From a virus (Duplodnaviria > Caudoviricetes): a DNA stretch of 64,000 bases. The notes below the pieces were generated by a model. That model did no database searches and was not told where the DNA came from. It saw nothing but the letters and a program-made list of their open reading frames with translations. Below are positions 55,437 to 63,803 of the stretch, piece by piece. Where the stretch lies: positions 1 to 64,000 of IMG/VR virus record IMGVR_UViG_3300037067_007801; one strand, given 5' to 3'. Each line of letters starts with the position of its first letter. Position 1 is the stretch's first letter. The translations under genes and the position numbers were made by a program.

Positions 55437-56251
55437 TGAACTTGGTAGGACTAGGCTCACAGGTACTTGCCGACATGGTGCTCCAGTTCGCGAAGGTCGT
55501 CGGGAGCTCGATAGCCGAGGGCTCGAGTGGAACGAAGCGGCCGGTGCAGTATCGCATCGTCGGCATGCCCGGGTGGGACCTGGACAGCGACGAGATCGCC
55601 ATCGACGAGAACGAGAACAACAGCGAGTCGACGGACGACGCCGACGTGTACGGGTCTCTCGGAATCACCGGGCGTCCTTTGCCACCCGACAACGCGGCCG
55701 GTATTGAGGAACACGCCGAGGTCGTTTGCGTTCGCACTGCTGATGGCCTGGTGCCGATCGCTGTCCGCGACGTCCGTCTGCGGATGGGTGGAAACGCGCC
55801 GAACGAGGGCACGGTGGCGTTCGTCGGATACGGTGGTGGCTATCATTCGATCTCACCGGTTGACAACACCGACATGAAGAAGGGCGCGATCCAGGTGATC
55901 TACTGCGGGTACGACTTCGATTCGTCTGGAGTCGCTGGGAAGGCGCACACGATCATCATTGACCCGACTTCTGGGAACGAGTCTATCAGCATCATTCACG
56001 CCGAAGGTCAGGCCGTGTTTCTCCAAAAGGACGGCTCGATTCAGATTCAGACGGATGGCGTACCGGCCGGGACCGGCTCGACGGTTCAGCAGTCGTTCAT
56101 TAAACTCGAGCCTGGGAAGATCACGTTGCAAGGTGACCAGGTCGTGTTCAATGGAAGCGTCTACATCGGCTCGCCGTTGACCGGAGTTCCGCTACTTCCA
56201 GGCGTCGCATCTGGCCCCTGTCCTCGGCTGTTCATTTCGCCGACACCGTAG
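55436..56251 (+). CDS. Baseplate spike (Mu gp45-like)
   Basis: GITGRPLP...EVV...RDVR...GTVAF, C-terminal beta repeats. Confidence 0.65.
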   Translation: MNLVGLGSQVLADMVLQFAKVVGSSIAEGSSGTKRPVQYRIVGMPGWDLDSDEIAIDENENNSESTDDADVYGSLGITGRPLPPDNAAGIEEHAEVVCVRTADGLVPIAVRDVRLRMGGNAPNEGTVAFVGYGGGYHSISPVDNTDMKKGAIQVIYCGYDFDSSGVAGKAHTIIIDPTSGNESISIIHAEGQAVFLQKDGSIQIQTDGVPAGTGSTVQQSFIKLEPGKITLQGDQVVFNGSVYIGSPLTGVPLLPGVASGPCPRLFISPTP

Positions 56252-56261
56252 GAGGTTCGCG

Positions 56262-56585
56262 ATGGCGATGGTACCAGGCAGCATCACGATCGACCCGGGA
56301 ACGGGTGCCGACAGCGGGACTGGTTGCTCCTACGAGTTGTTTCAAGACTTCAACGCGAAGGTCGATTACGGAACAGCGACCGGTACGACGTTGGCCATTG
56401 CCAAGCAGCAGGTCGCCGACCTGTGCGAGAGCATCGGACAAGTCATTGTCACGCACATCGGTGTCAACGCCAAGGCCAAGGTCACGGCGACCGACGCCGG
56501 TCTCCAGTTGCTACCCGCGGCACCGATGGCTGAGGATGACGAGTGCAAGGCGCCGGCCGCTACCAAGTACCTGGGCATCGAGTGA
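56262..56585 (+). CDS. Hypothetical baseplate-region protein
   Basis: GGAGG RBS. Confidence 0.55.
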   Translation: MAMVPGSITIDPGTGADSGTGCSYELFQDFNAKVDYGTATGTTLAIAKQQVADLCESIGQVIVTHIGVNAKAKVTATDAGLQLLPAAPMAEDDECKAPAATKYLGIE

Positions 56586-56588
56586 GCC

Positions 56589-56894
56589 ATGACGTACTGT
56601 GCCTTCCCACCGATACCGATCCCTGCGTTCGCGCTCCCTGCGATTCCGCTTCCCGCACTTCCGAGCTTCGTCATCCCGACGTTGCCAAATCTGCCAGGGC
56701 TCCCGATGATAGCGATCCCGGCGTTCACTTTGCCAGCGATACCGATCCCGGGGCTGCCGAGTTTTTCCATCCCATCATGGTCAAGCCTGCCGGGTTTGCC
56801 GATGATTCCGATCCCGGCGTTCGCTCTGCCTGCCATCCCCTTCCCGGCACTCCCTAGTTTTACGATCCCGTCTCTGTTTTGCGTTCTGGACTAG
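56589..56894 (+). CDS. Pro/hydrophobic repeat protein (three 32-aa repeats)
   Basis: IPAF.LPAIP.P.LPSF units at 56619, 56715, 56811; synonymous divergence supports coding. Confidence 0.6.
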   Translation: MTYCAFPPIPIPAFALPAIPLPALPSFVIPTLPNLPGLPMIAIPAFTLPAIPIPGLPSFSIPSWSSLPGLPMIPIPAFALPAIPFPALPSFTIPSLFCVLD

Positions 56895-56951
56895 AAACGA
56901 TACAGAAAAAACAGGTCAGTTTCCCCACCTACAAACCCTAAACTTTATCAC

Positions 56952-56980
56952 TTGACACCATCAACCAAAGGGTTTATATA
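56952..56980 (+). promoter_or_regulatory. sigma70 promoter with operator-like spacer driving the RAMP-array cassette
   Basis: TTGACA-cca-TCAACC-aaag-GGTTTA-TATA; degenerate second site CAAACC-ctaa-ACTTTA at 56932-56947. Confidence 0.75.
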
Positions 56981-57012
56981 CCTCTCATGGTCATCTAACA
57001 GGAGGGTACGAA

Positions 57013-57678
57013 GTGGCACACAGAACGAAGAGGGTAACACTCACCGGGTTGACTCCGCTCATCATGCACAAGGACGGGATGGACTTCGAGGGTCGCATCA
57101 AGTCGTGGCGCATGAACCCGGCGAACAAAGACTTGCAGGTCAAGGGCGACGACCGTTCCCCCGCGTGGACGTGGATTGGCAGCGTCTACCACGACGGGAA
57201 GATGGTCGGCATCCCGAGCGACAACATCATGACGGTGTTGCGAGAGGGCGGAACGAAGGTCCCGACCGGCAAGCGACAGGGGACGTTCAAGCGCCAGTCG
57301 CAGACGGGAATCATCGTCATGGAACCGCTATGGCTGTTGACGACGGCGGAAGGAAACCAAGTCGAAATCGCCGACATCAACGTCATGCTCGACGAGACCG
57401 ATTTCGACAAGCAGGTGGAGGCGGCGCGCAAACTCAACATCTCCCTGTTCGTCAAGCGCGCAAAGTTGGCGACCTCGAAGAACGTTCGCGTGCGTCCCAT
57501 GTTCGCAGCCGGGTGGAATATCAGCGGGACGGTCAGCATCACGGACAACAGCATCACGGACAGCGTGTTCTCGGACATCCTCATGATGGCCGGGGACCTG
57601 AGCGGCCTGTGCGACTGGCGTCCGAGTTCTCCGAAATCGCCGGGACCTTACGGAAGGTTCACGGCGGAGGTGAAGTAG
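57013..57678 (+). CDS. Solitary RAMP/Cas7-like protein
   Basis: VTLTGLTPLIMH, GIPSDNIMTVLREG, RVRPMF..W, Gly-rich AGDLSGLCDWRP...GPYGRF C-terminus; AGGAGG RBS. Confidence 0.7.
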   Translation: MAHRTKRVTLTGLTPLIMHKDGMDFEGRIKSWRMNPANKDLQVKGDDRSPAWTWIGSVYHDGKMVGIPSDNIMTVLREGGTKVPTGKRQGTFKRQSQTGIIVMEPLWLLTTAEGNQVEIADINVMLDETDFDKQVEAARKLNISLFVKRAKLATSKNVRVRPMFAAGWNISGTVSITDNSITDSVFSDILMMAGDLSGLCDWRPSSPKSPGPYGRFTAEVK

Positions 57679-57684
57679 ACACGC

Positions 57685-58369
57685 GGTTCTCGGCGCGGCC
57701 AGGCACGGCGAGCCGGGGTGTGGCACGGTCCGGCAAGGCAAGGAGCGTGGTCCGGATGGGCATGGCACGGCGAGTCGAGGCACGGCGAGGCACGGTTCCT
57801 GGCAAGGCAGGGCGAGGCCGGGCGCGGTCCGGCAAGGTGAGGATCATGGACGGCAGGGCATGGCGGGTCCAGGTGCGGCGAAGCAGGGCCGGGCGTGGCA
57901 AGGATCGTGACACGGCGCGGTGCGGTGAGGTTGTGCGTGGCAAGGCGAGGTTCCAGGTAGGTCTGGGCCAGGTGCGGCGTGGCTGTGCTAGGCGAGGGTT
58001 AAGGCATGGCAGTGCGCGGCAGGGTCGGGCATGACACGGTGTGGCAAGATTTGGATAGGTTGGGAATGGCAAGGTTGGGTAGGGCGAGGCAAGGAACTGG
58101 GTGTGGCGCGGTGTGGCATGGTCGGGTCCGGTACGGAGCGGCCTGGCAAGGCGAGGATCGTGGCGTGTCAGGGTTAGGTAGGGCACGGTGTGGTGAGGCG
58201 AGGAACGCGGTGCGGCGGGATCAGGTTAGGCATGGTGTGGCCTGGCGCGGCGAGGAACGGGGTGAGGCATGGTTCGGTGCGGCACGGCAGGGCGGGGAAA
58301 GGCGAGGATCCCGGCAAGGTGGGGTGAGGCGTGGTCAGGCAAGGCAAGGTGTGGCGCGGCAAGGAACAT
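57685..58369 (+). ncRNA. GGY-NN pentamer array in 12 units; candidate guide-RNA array
   Basis: Strict 5-nt phase, about 100 of about 119 pentamers begin GGC/GGT; 13 heptamer linkers mostly GGWWC-NN; starts 6 nt after the RAMP-like stop. RNA status is inferred, the repeat itself is certain. Confidence 0.75.
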
Positions 58370-58393
58370 GGTACAATTTCTAAGGAGGAAAAC

Positions 58394-58849
58394 GTGAGCA
58401 AGTCGAAAATGTACTTCGGTGGTGTTCCGACGGAGCCGGATGTTCGGCGACTGTTGGACAGATATGGGCGTCCGCAGCAAGGCCAGGTGATGGCCTACGA
58501 CGAGGTGGCAACCGTCGTCGGGATTCGGCGCGAAGACTCTCGGTTCAAGACCGTGACAAATGCTTGGCGCAAGGCCATCTATTCGAGCTACAACATCGTC
58601 ATCGGCACGCGACCGGGGGTTGGATTCGTCGCCCTACAGGAACCGGAGAGACTGGACTACGGCTCGCGGAAGTTTCGGTGTGGAATTCGCCAGATCAAGA
58701 GATCGCACGGCGTGATCTCCGGGTGTGACGAAATGAAACTCACTCCGGAACAACGCGGCCACAAGCAGCACGACGAGATGGTTTCGGCTCACTTGATATT
58801 GGCCGGGCGTCTGGAAGCCAGACGCTTGCAGTCATCGAGTGGAAAGTAG
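58394..58849 (+). CDS. Unknown protein closing the RAMP-array cassette
   Basis: TAAGGAGG RBS, GTG start 24 nt after the array; basic 151 aa. Confidence 0.7.
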   Translation: MSKSKMYFGGVPTEPDVRRLLDRYGRPQQGQVMAYDEVATVVGIRREDSRFKTVTNAWRKAIYSSYNIVIGTRPGVGFVALQEPERLDYGSRKFRCGIRQIKRSHGVISGCDEMKLTPEQRGHKQHDEMVSAHLILAGRLEARRLQSSSGK

Positions 58850-58858
58850 AGGGACCCA

Positions 58859-59722
58859 ATGGACTGGTTCAAACTCCCGATTCTCATCCTCATCCTAGGC
58901 CTCCCCACGTGCTCCCCAATCGATTTCCAGGCCGGACCCCTCCCACCCATACAAGACGGTGGTTCAGACGACTCCACGGACTCCCAAACCGACACCATTG
59001 AGGATTCCGGGACCGACGGTGACAGCGATTCGGACACGGACGTGGACAGCGACACGGACACGGGGCCGGATACTGGCACCGAGACTGACACCGAGAGTGA
59101 AACTGGAAGCGACACGGACACCGACGTCGACACAGACACAGACACAGACACAGACACGGACTCGGATACCGATACCGATACCGATACCGAGATCCCGGAC
59201 CCGTGCACTGGTCCAGGCACATGGCTCGACGATGGTTGGTGGTTCGACTTCCTCCCGGACTATCCGGGCGGCGATATGACGTACCTTGGCACCCGTTGTT
59301 GGCAGGACCCGCCGGCTCCGGAACTCATGGAGTGGACCGCGGCCGTGGACTACTGCGCTGACCTCGTGCTCGCCGGGTACGACGACTGGATCCTGCCCGA
59401 CGTCAACCAGCTCCGTTGGCTCGGGCGGCCGACCACATGGGAGTGTGCCGACTGCGGGCTGATTGCTCCTGACCATCTGGCCGAGTCGGACATCGAAGAC
59501 TGCGAGGCGTGCCTGCCGTTGTTCGGTGGGGCTGGTGCTGGAGGATGTTACTGGGATCCTGCACTGGGCGGAACATGCTCCTACTACTGGAGTTCTTCGG
59601 AGCAGTCCGGGTATCCACTTAACCGAGTATGGGGCTGGTCGTTCGCCGGAAATGACCCCGGACTCGTCGCGTCCAACAAGACCGGATCGCTTGGCTACAC
59701 TCGCTGCGTGAGGTCGCTGTGA
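58859..59722 (+). CDS. Lipoprotein with Asp-Thr repeat linker and DUF1566-like domain
   Basis: Hydrophobic leader plus Cys; DTDTDT tract about 58980-59210; WQDPP...MEWTAAVDYC...GYDDWILPDVNQL...YWSSS. Confidence 0.75.
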   Translation: MDWFKLPILILILGLPTCSPIDFQAGPLPPIQDGGSDDSTDSQTDTIEDSGTDGDSDSDTDVDSDTDTGPDTGTETDTESETGSDTDTDVDTDTDTDTDTDSDTDTDTDTEIPDPCTGPGTWLDDGWWFDFLPDYPGGDMTYLGTRCWQDPPAPELMEWTAAVDYCADLVLAGYDDWILPDVNQLRWLGRPTTWECADCGLIAPDHLAESDIEDCEACLPLFGGAGAGGCYWDPALGGTCSYYWSSSEQSGYPLNRVWGWSFAGNDPGLVASNKTGSLGYTRCVRSL

Positions 59723-59898
59723 AGCCCGCTCCTTCTCTCGTTGCCGCAGCCCTCGCCGACGTCGCATCCTGGCCTTCTGACCTGCGAGAAGACTTCGAGG
59801 AGCGATCCGCAATCATGGAACATGACGGCGGTCTGCCACGCGACGAAGCTGAGGTTTCAGCGTGGCGTTTGCTCCGAACTCGACTCGCTCCGCGCTGA
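59719..59898 (+). CDS. Small protein, 59 aa, not in ORF track
   Basis: FEERSAIMEHDGGLPRDEAE; coupled GTG start. Confidence 0.55.
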   Translation: MKPAPSLVAAALADVASWPSDLREDFEERSAIMEHDGGLPRDEAEVSAWRLLRTRLAPR

Positions 59899-59937
59899 AC
59901 TCCGAGAATCGCCAAGCCTCTGAACATCTGCTAGAGT

Positions 59938-60390
59938 GTGGCCGAGATGCCTGTCTTTGTCGCACTTCCGTCAACAGTCGGCCCGATTGGGTCGTCTGTC
60001 GCTGTGACTCTTCCGGTTGGGACGTTCTCCCCAATCACGGCAGACTTCATCGATCCGGCCACTGGTAACTACTCCAGCATGGTATCCGGGATCGATCCCA
60101 TCGATGCGCAGGTCGTCATCGCCATGAACACGGTTCGCGGTTCTGGCGCTTGCGTGACCGAAGATGGTTGCAACCTGGAGAACATCCGCAAGATTCGAGA
60201 GACCGTACAGCGCGAAATAGAGAGCGAGATACGTGTCGCGTTGAAGCGCCTCATCGACAATGGAGACATCCGGCTCCGCTCGTTCGCATTCGACGTGCAG
60301 AAAGAAAATCAGTACGTCGGCGTGGTCGTGGAGTACAAGAATGTGCGGGCGAGCGGGTGGCGGTCTGTAACGTTGGTGATCACGAACTGA
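59938..60390 (+). CDS. Baseplate wedge (gp46/gpW-like)
   Basis: Position before baseplate J; E.EIRVALKRLID.GDI. Confidence 0.65.
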   Translation: MAEMPVFVALPSTVGPIGSSVAVTLPVGTFSPITADFIDPATGNYSSMVSGIDPIDAQVVIAMNTVRGSGACVTEDGCNLENIRKIRETVQREIESEIRVALKRLIDNGDIRLRSFAFDVQKENQYVGVVVEYKNVRASGWRSVTLVITN

Positions 60391-60401
60391 ACGAGGTAAG
60401 C

Positions 60402-62006
60402 ATGGCGACCTCTGACGAACGCATGTTCCCGATCTTCCGCCGCGGTCAAGTGCGCGACGAGGCACTGTTGCGGGCGTTCCGTAACCATCTCCGCGATCTC
60501 ATCGACCCGGATACGGGAGCGTTGTTCACCGAAGACAAGATCAAGACGATCACGCAGCGCGGCTCACGGTTCTACCTGGAAGCCGACGCCATCGACTTCG
60601 TTGGCCTTGCGCTCCAAAAGCGTGCGCGCTGGATGGCGAACCAGACTCGTCCGAAGTGGGCGAACACGGAGTACCTCGAGCAGGTGCATGGGCCGCTATG
60701 GATCCCTACTGGTCGACTTCCGGCTACCGGAGGAAGTGGACTCGCGACCGCAACCGCGGCTGCCGGCGCCGTGTTTCCAGGGTCGACCGTGCTTGGAGCA
60801 CCTGCCGCGGCCGTTGCCGTGTCCGAGGACGGGTCTCAATTCCAGGTGCTCGTCACCGAGACGGTGCCGGTTGGAGCGACGACGGTCGTGCTGACCCTCC
60901 AGTGCATCGACACCGGCATCAACACCAACCCGGAGGCCGGTGCGACGCTGACATGGGATAAGAACTTCCCCGTCTCTGCGGAGTTGACCTTCCCCGTGTT
61001 GAGCGACTTCACTGGTGGGTACGACGAGGAGACCGACGCTGAGTTCGCCGACCGCATCGAAGAGGTGATGAGCCATCGCCCGGCATGTGGCAACGGTGCT
61101 CACTTCCTCGCGTGGGCGCGTGAGTGTTCGACCGCCATTGAGACGGCCTTTATCTATTCCTGTGCTTGGCACGCCGGTTCGGTGCTCGTGTGCATCACGC
61201 AGAAGCGCGGAGACACTGAGGGACCGAACGCGCGAACGGACGTAGCCCCGGGTACGCTCATCGCTGCTCGGAACTACCTCGTTCCTCCGGCGAGTCCAGT
61301 GGTTGCCGAGCGTGCGCACGTTGTTGTGGTAGCTCCGAACGAGCAGCCGGCCGACCTCGCGTTGCAGGTCAGTCTCGGATACGGAACCGTCGGCGGCTGG
61401 AGCGATGTTGATCCGTGGCCGACCTACACCGTCGGATACCCGGCCGGAGTGATCGTCACGAGTATCATCAGTGCAACAAAATTCACGGTCGCTACAAATT
61501 CACCTCTTCCTGGGGTTGGCGCTGGGGTGTTGACCGGAGCCGACGCGCCGCAACTCATGATCTGGGATGAGGCTCACAGCGCGTTCATCGAACTCGATGT
61601 GAAGTCCGTTGACACGACTGTTGCACTGGTTGCGACCATCGAACTGAACACCGCGCCGACTGGATACACCACGGCGACTGGCGATCTCATCTCTCCGCAC
61701 ACGGATAGGCTCGACATCCTGGCTGGTTCGCTGACAGCCTACTTCGATGGGCTCGGGCCTGGTGAAGTGGTCGACCTGGACGTGGACCCGCGTGGCGGCC
61801 GTGCATACCGCTATCCGACACCGGCACAGCAGTATCCGATGCGTGCTGGCGAGGCTGTCATCACGCGCGTGCTCGAGGCACTCGGTGGCGTGGCCCCTGA
61901 TGCCTCGTTGCCGTACATCTCAATCAATGAACCGACTCTGCCAGGTGACGTGGTGGATGGTCCGAACATCGTGACGCTCGGTGAAGTGGGCGTCTATCCG
62001 CTGTAG
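60402..62006 (+). CDS. Baseplate J-like protein (Mu gp47-like)
   Basis: GGYDEETDAEFADRI...GNGAHF..WARE. Confidence 0.8.
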   Translation: MATSDERMFPIFRRGQVRDEALLRAFRNHLRDLIDPDTGALFTEDKIKTITQRGSRFYLEADAIDFVGLALQKRARWMANQTRPKWANTEYLEQVHGPLWIPTGRLPATGGSGLATATAAAGAVFPGSTVLGAPAAAVAVSEDGSQFQVLVTETVPVGATTVVLTLQCIDTGINTNPEAGATLTWDKNFPVSAELTFPVLSDFTGGYDEETDAEFADRIEEVMSHRPACGNGAHFLAWARECSTAIETAFIYSCAWHAGSVLVCITQKRGDTEGPNARTDVAPGTLIAARNYLVPPASPVVAERAHVVVVAPNEQPADLALQVSLGYGTVGGWSDVDPWPTYTVGYPAGVIVTSIISATKFTVATNSPLPGVGAGVLTGADAPQLMIWDEAHSAFIELDVKSVDTTVALVATIELNTAPTGYTTATGDLISPHTDRLDILAGSLTAYFDGLGPGEVVDLDVDPRGGRAYRYPTPAQQYPMRAGEAVITRVLEALGGVAPDASLPYISINEPTLPGDVVDGPNIVTLGEVGVYPL

Positions 62007-62015
62007 GAGGTTCCG

Positions 62016-62726
62016 ATGGCAGGCTTCCCGACACGAGCGAACCGCGTTGCTTTCGGGCCGACGCGACAGGACTACAAACCCGTCACCGACCCGGTGCGAC
62101 AGAACTCGGCCGCTGACTTCAACCTCGCGTACTGGCAACTCGCTGGCATCGGTCGAGTCGCTCCGCGTGCAGTGCTTCGTTGCACAGTAGCCGGTGGCGT
62201 CGTCACGACGGCTGAGCAACTCATCGCGTGGGACTCCAACGGCGCGTTGGGCCCGTTGACCTGGACCTATCGCGGTGTCGGCTTCTACGAGTTCGCGTTC
62301 GCTTCGCAGTATCCGAACGAACTCGGAAGCAACACCAGCCTCGTGCTGATGTCTGGTCTCGCGTCGCTGAATCCGATCAAGTCGACGACGAGGACCGGAG
62401 CCCATGACGGTGCGAACAACCAGCCGCAGTTGGACGACAGCACGAAGGCGTGGGTCGTCAATAGCTTGGTTGGCCTCATGGTGATGAACATCACCGACGG
62501 GTCGCACGGGATCATCACTGCGAACACCGCGGTGCAGTGCTCCGTTGGCGCTGGCATGAGCGGTGGCGTCGACAACGATTTCGATACCGGCGACCTGTAC
62601 ATCATATCGGACGTGCCGCGGTTGTTCCGAGTTCAGTTGACCTCGGACATCGCCGGCTACGTCATCTGTTCGGATGAGACTGGTGGCAAAGCGGACCCGG
62701 AAGGGTTCCTGTTGGAGCTCTGGTAG
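62016..62726 (+). CDS. Baseplate/tail-associated hypothetical protein
   Basis: GGAGG RBS; position. Confidence 0.6.
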   Translation: MAGFPTRANRVAFGPTRQDYKPVTDPVRQNSAADFNLAYWQLAGIGRVAPRAVLRCTVAGGVVTTAEQLIAWDSNGALGPLTWTYRGVGFYEFAFASQYPNELGSNTSLVLMSGLASLNPIKSTTRTGAHDGANNQPQLDDSTKAWVVNSLVGLMVMNITDGSHGIITANTAVQCSVGAGMSGGVDNDFDTGDLYIISDVPRLFRVQLTSDIAGYVICSDETGGKADPEGFLLELW

Positions 62727-62730
62727 AACG

Positions 62731-63456
62731 ATGATCGGTGGCAGCAATCCCATACCGGAAGACATCGGCGGTGGCCGATCGCTTCCTGAACGCATCTACT
62801 GGGCGCTGCGGTCCTCAGTCGGCGAGCACAACTACGCTCGCGAGGACGTGCCAGGAACTACGGTAGAGGGCGCGTGGCGTTGGTGCCGTGCCATCGCTCT
62901 GTCGGCCATGCAGGGAGACGAGAGGGCCACGACGGACACGTTCTTCTCTCGATGCACCGACACGCTGCCAGTGTTCGAGAACCTTCTCGGTATCACGGCC
63001 CTTGCCGCGGCGAGCGACGAGGAGCGGCGACAGGCGATCATCGATCTGGTCGTGCGTGGTGCCACGGCGATTCACGAGACGCTCGAAGACGAATTGCAGA
63101 GCATCGATCCTCTGTTCACGATCGTCTACGCGCCGCGCGATTGTGCCGACATCACAGAGAATGGGCGGGCCTTCGAGGATTACCTTCCTGCTGACCCTGC
63201 TCATTGTGGACCTGCATTCGGTGGTGGTCGCTCGTCTACGGGTTGGCCGAACTACTCGTCGGACTACATCTGCCTCGTTCAGTACGGCGTGGCCATCGGC
63301 GCGATCTCGGCAGAGCAGAAGAGACGGATCGAAGATGTGAAGGCTGTGCTGAACCGCGCGCTTCCGAGTTGGGTTGACTACATGATCGTCGCCGACCCGA
63401 CTGGTGGATTTATCCTGGATCTCAGCATCCTGGACCTAGGGAGTTTTGGACCATGA
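62731..63456 (+). CDS. Baseplate protein (Mu gp48/DUF2313-like)
   Basis: LPVFENLLGI...EERRQAI...LNRALPSW. Confidence 0.65.
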   Translation: MIGGSNPIPEDIGGGRSLPERIYWALRSSVGEHNYAREDVPGTTVEGAWRWCRAIALSAMQGDERATTDTFFSRCTDTLPVFENLLGITALAAASDEERRQAIIDLVVRGATAIHETLEDELQSIDPLFTIVYAPRDCADITENGRAFEDYLPADPAHCGPAFGGGRSSTGWPNYSSDYICLVQYGVAIGAISAEQKRRIEDVKAVLNRALPSWVDYMIVADPTGGFILDLSILDLGSFGP

Positions 63457-63803
63457 CAATCAACTATGCGACAAGCACGGTGGCGATGTCCATCTACAAC
63501 TGGATCGCCGTCAACGGTCGGCTGGTTCATGCCGCGGACTGTTATCTCGAACTGGCTCGCGGTCAACTTCCAGGACTGGAGCGGGAATCATTCGACAAGG
63601 CTCTCGATGAACTCGTACATCGCAAACTTCTAGTTGGCGACATCCTCGACGTGATTGATGAACGCCGCCTGATCTTCATCGCTCGCGATCGGTCAGATGC
63701 CGAAGTCGACGAGGAGACCGGCGAGATCACAGGCGGATGGAACGGGTGGGTTCCCTATGACAGAATATTGGGAGCCTGCGTGCTCCGGGAGGCGCGGCCA
63801 TGA
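63453..63803 (+). CDS. Hypothetical protein
   Basis: Coupled at both ends. Confidence 0.55.
   Translation: MTINYATSTVAMSIYNWIAVNGRLVHAADCYLELARGQLPGLERESFDKALDELVHRKLLVGDILDVIDERRLIFIARDRSDAEVDEETGEITGGWNGWVPYDRILGACVLREARP

Noticed and set aside
57399-57409. GATTTCGACA inside the RAMP-like gene as a late promoter
   Set aside because: No -10 box at 17 bp and it encodes DFD; likely chance.
57685-58369. Array as CRISPR, simple microsatellite or G-quadruplex tract
   Set aside because: No 23-50 bp repeats with contiguous spacers; variation is confined to two of five positions and organised in units. G4 folding of GG runs cannot be excluded but does not explain the NN diversity or linkers.
56952-58383. 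Track ORFs across the array (56952-58034 +, 58006-58383 +, 57659-58186 -, 58174-58401 -)
   Set aside because: ARxG-like translations arise because GGY-NN pentamers rarely make stops; 5-nt phase and 7-nt linkers are not codon-compatible, and there is no RBS.
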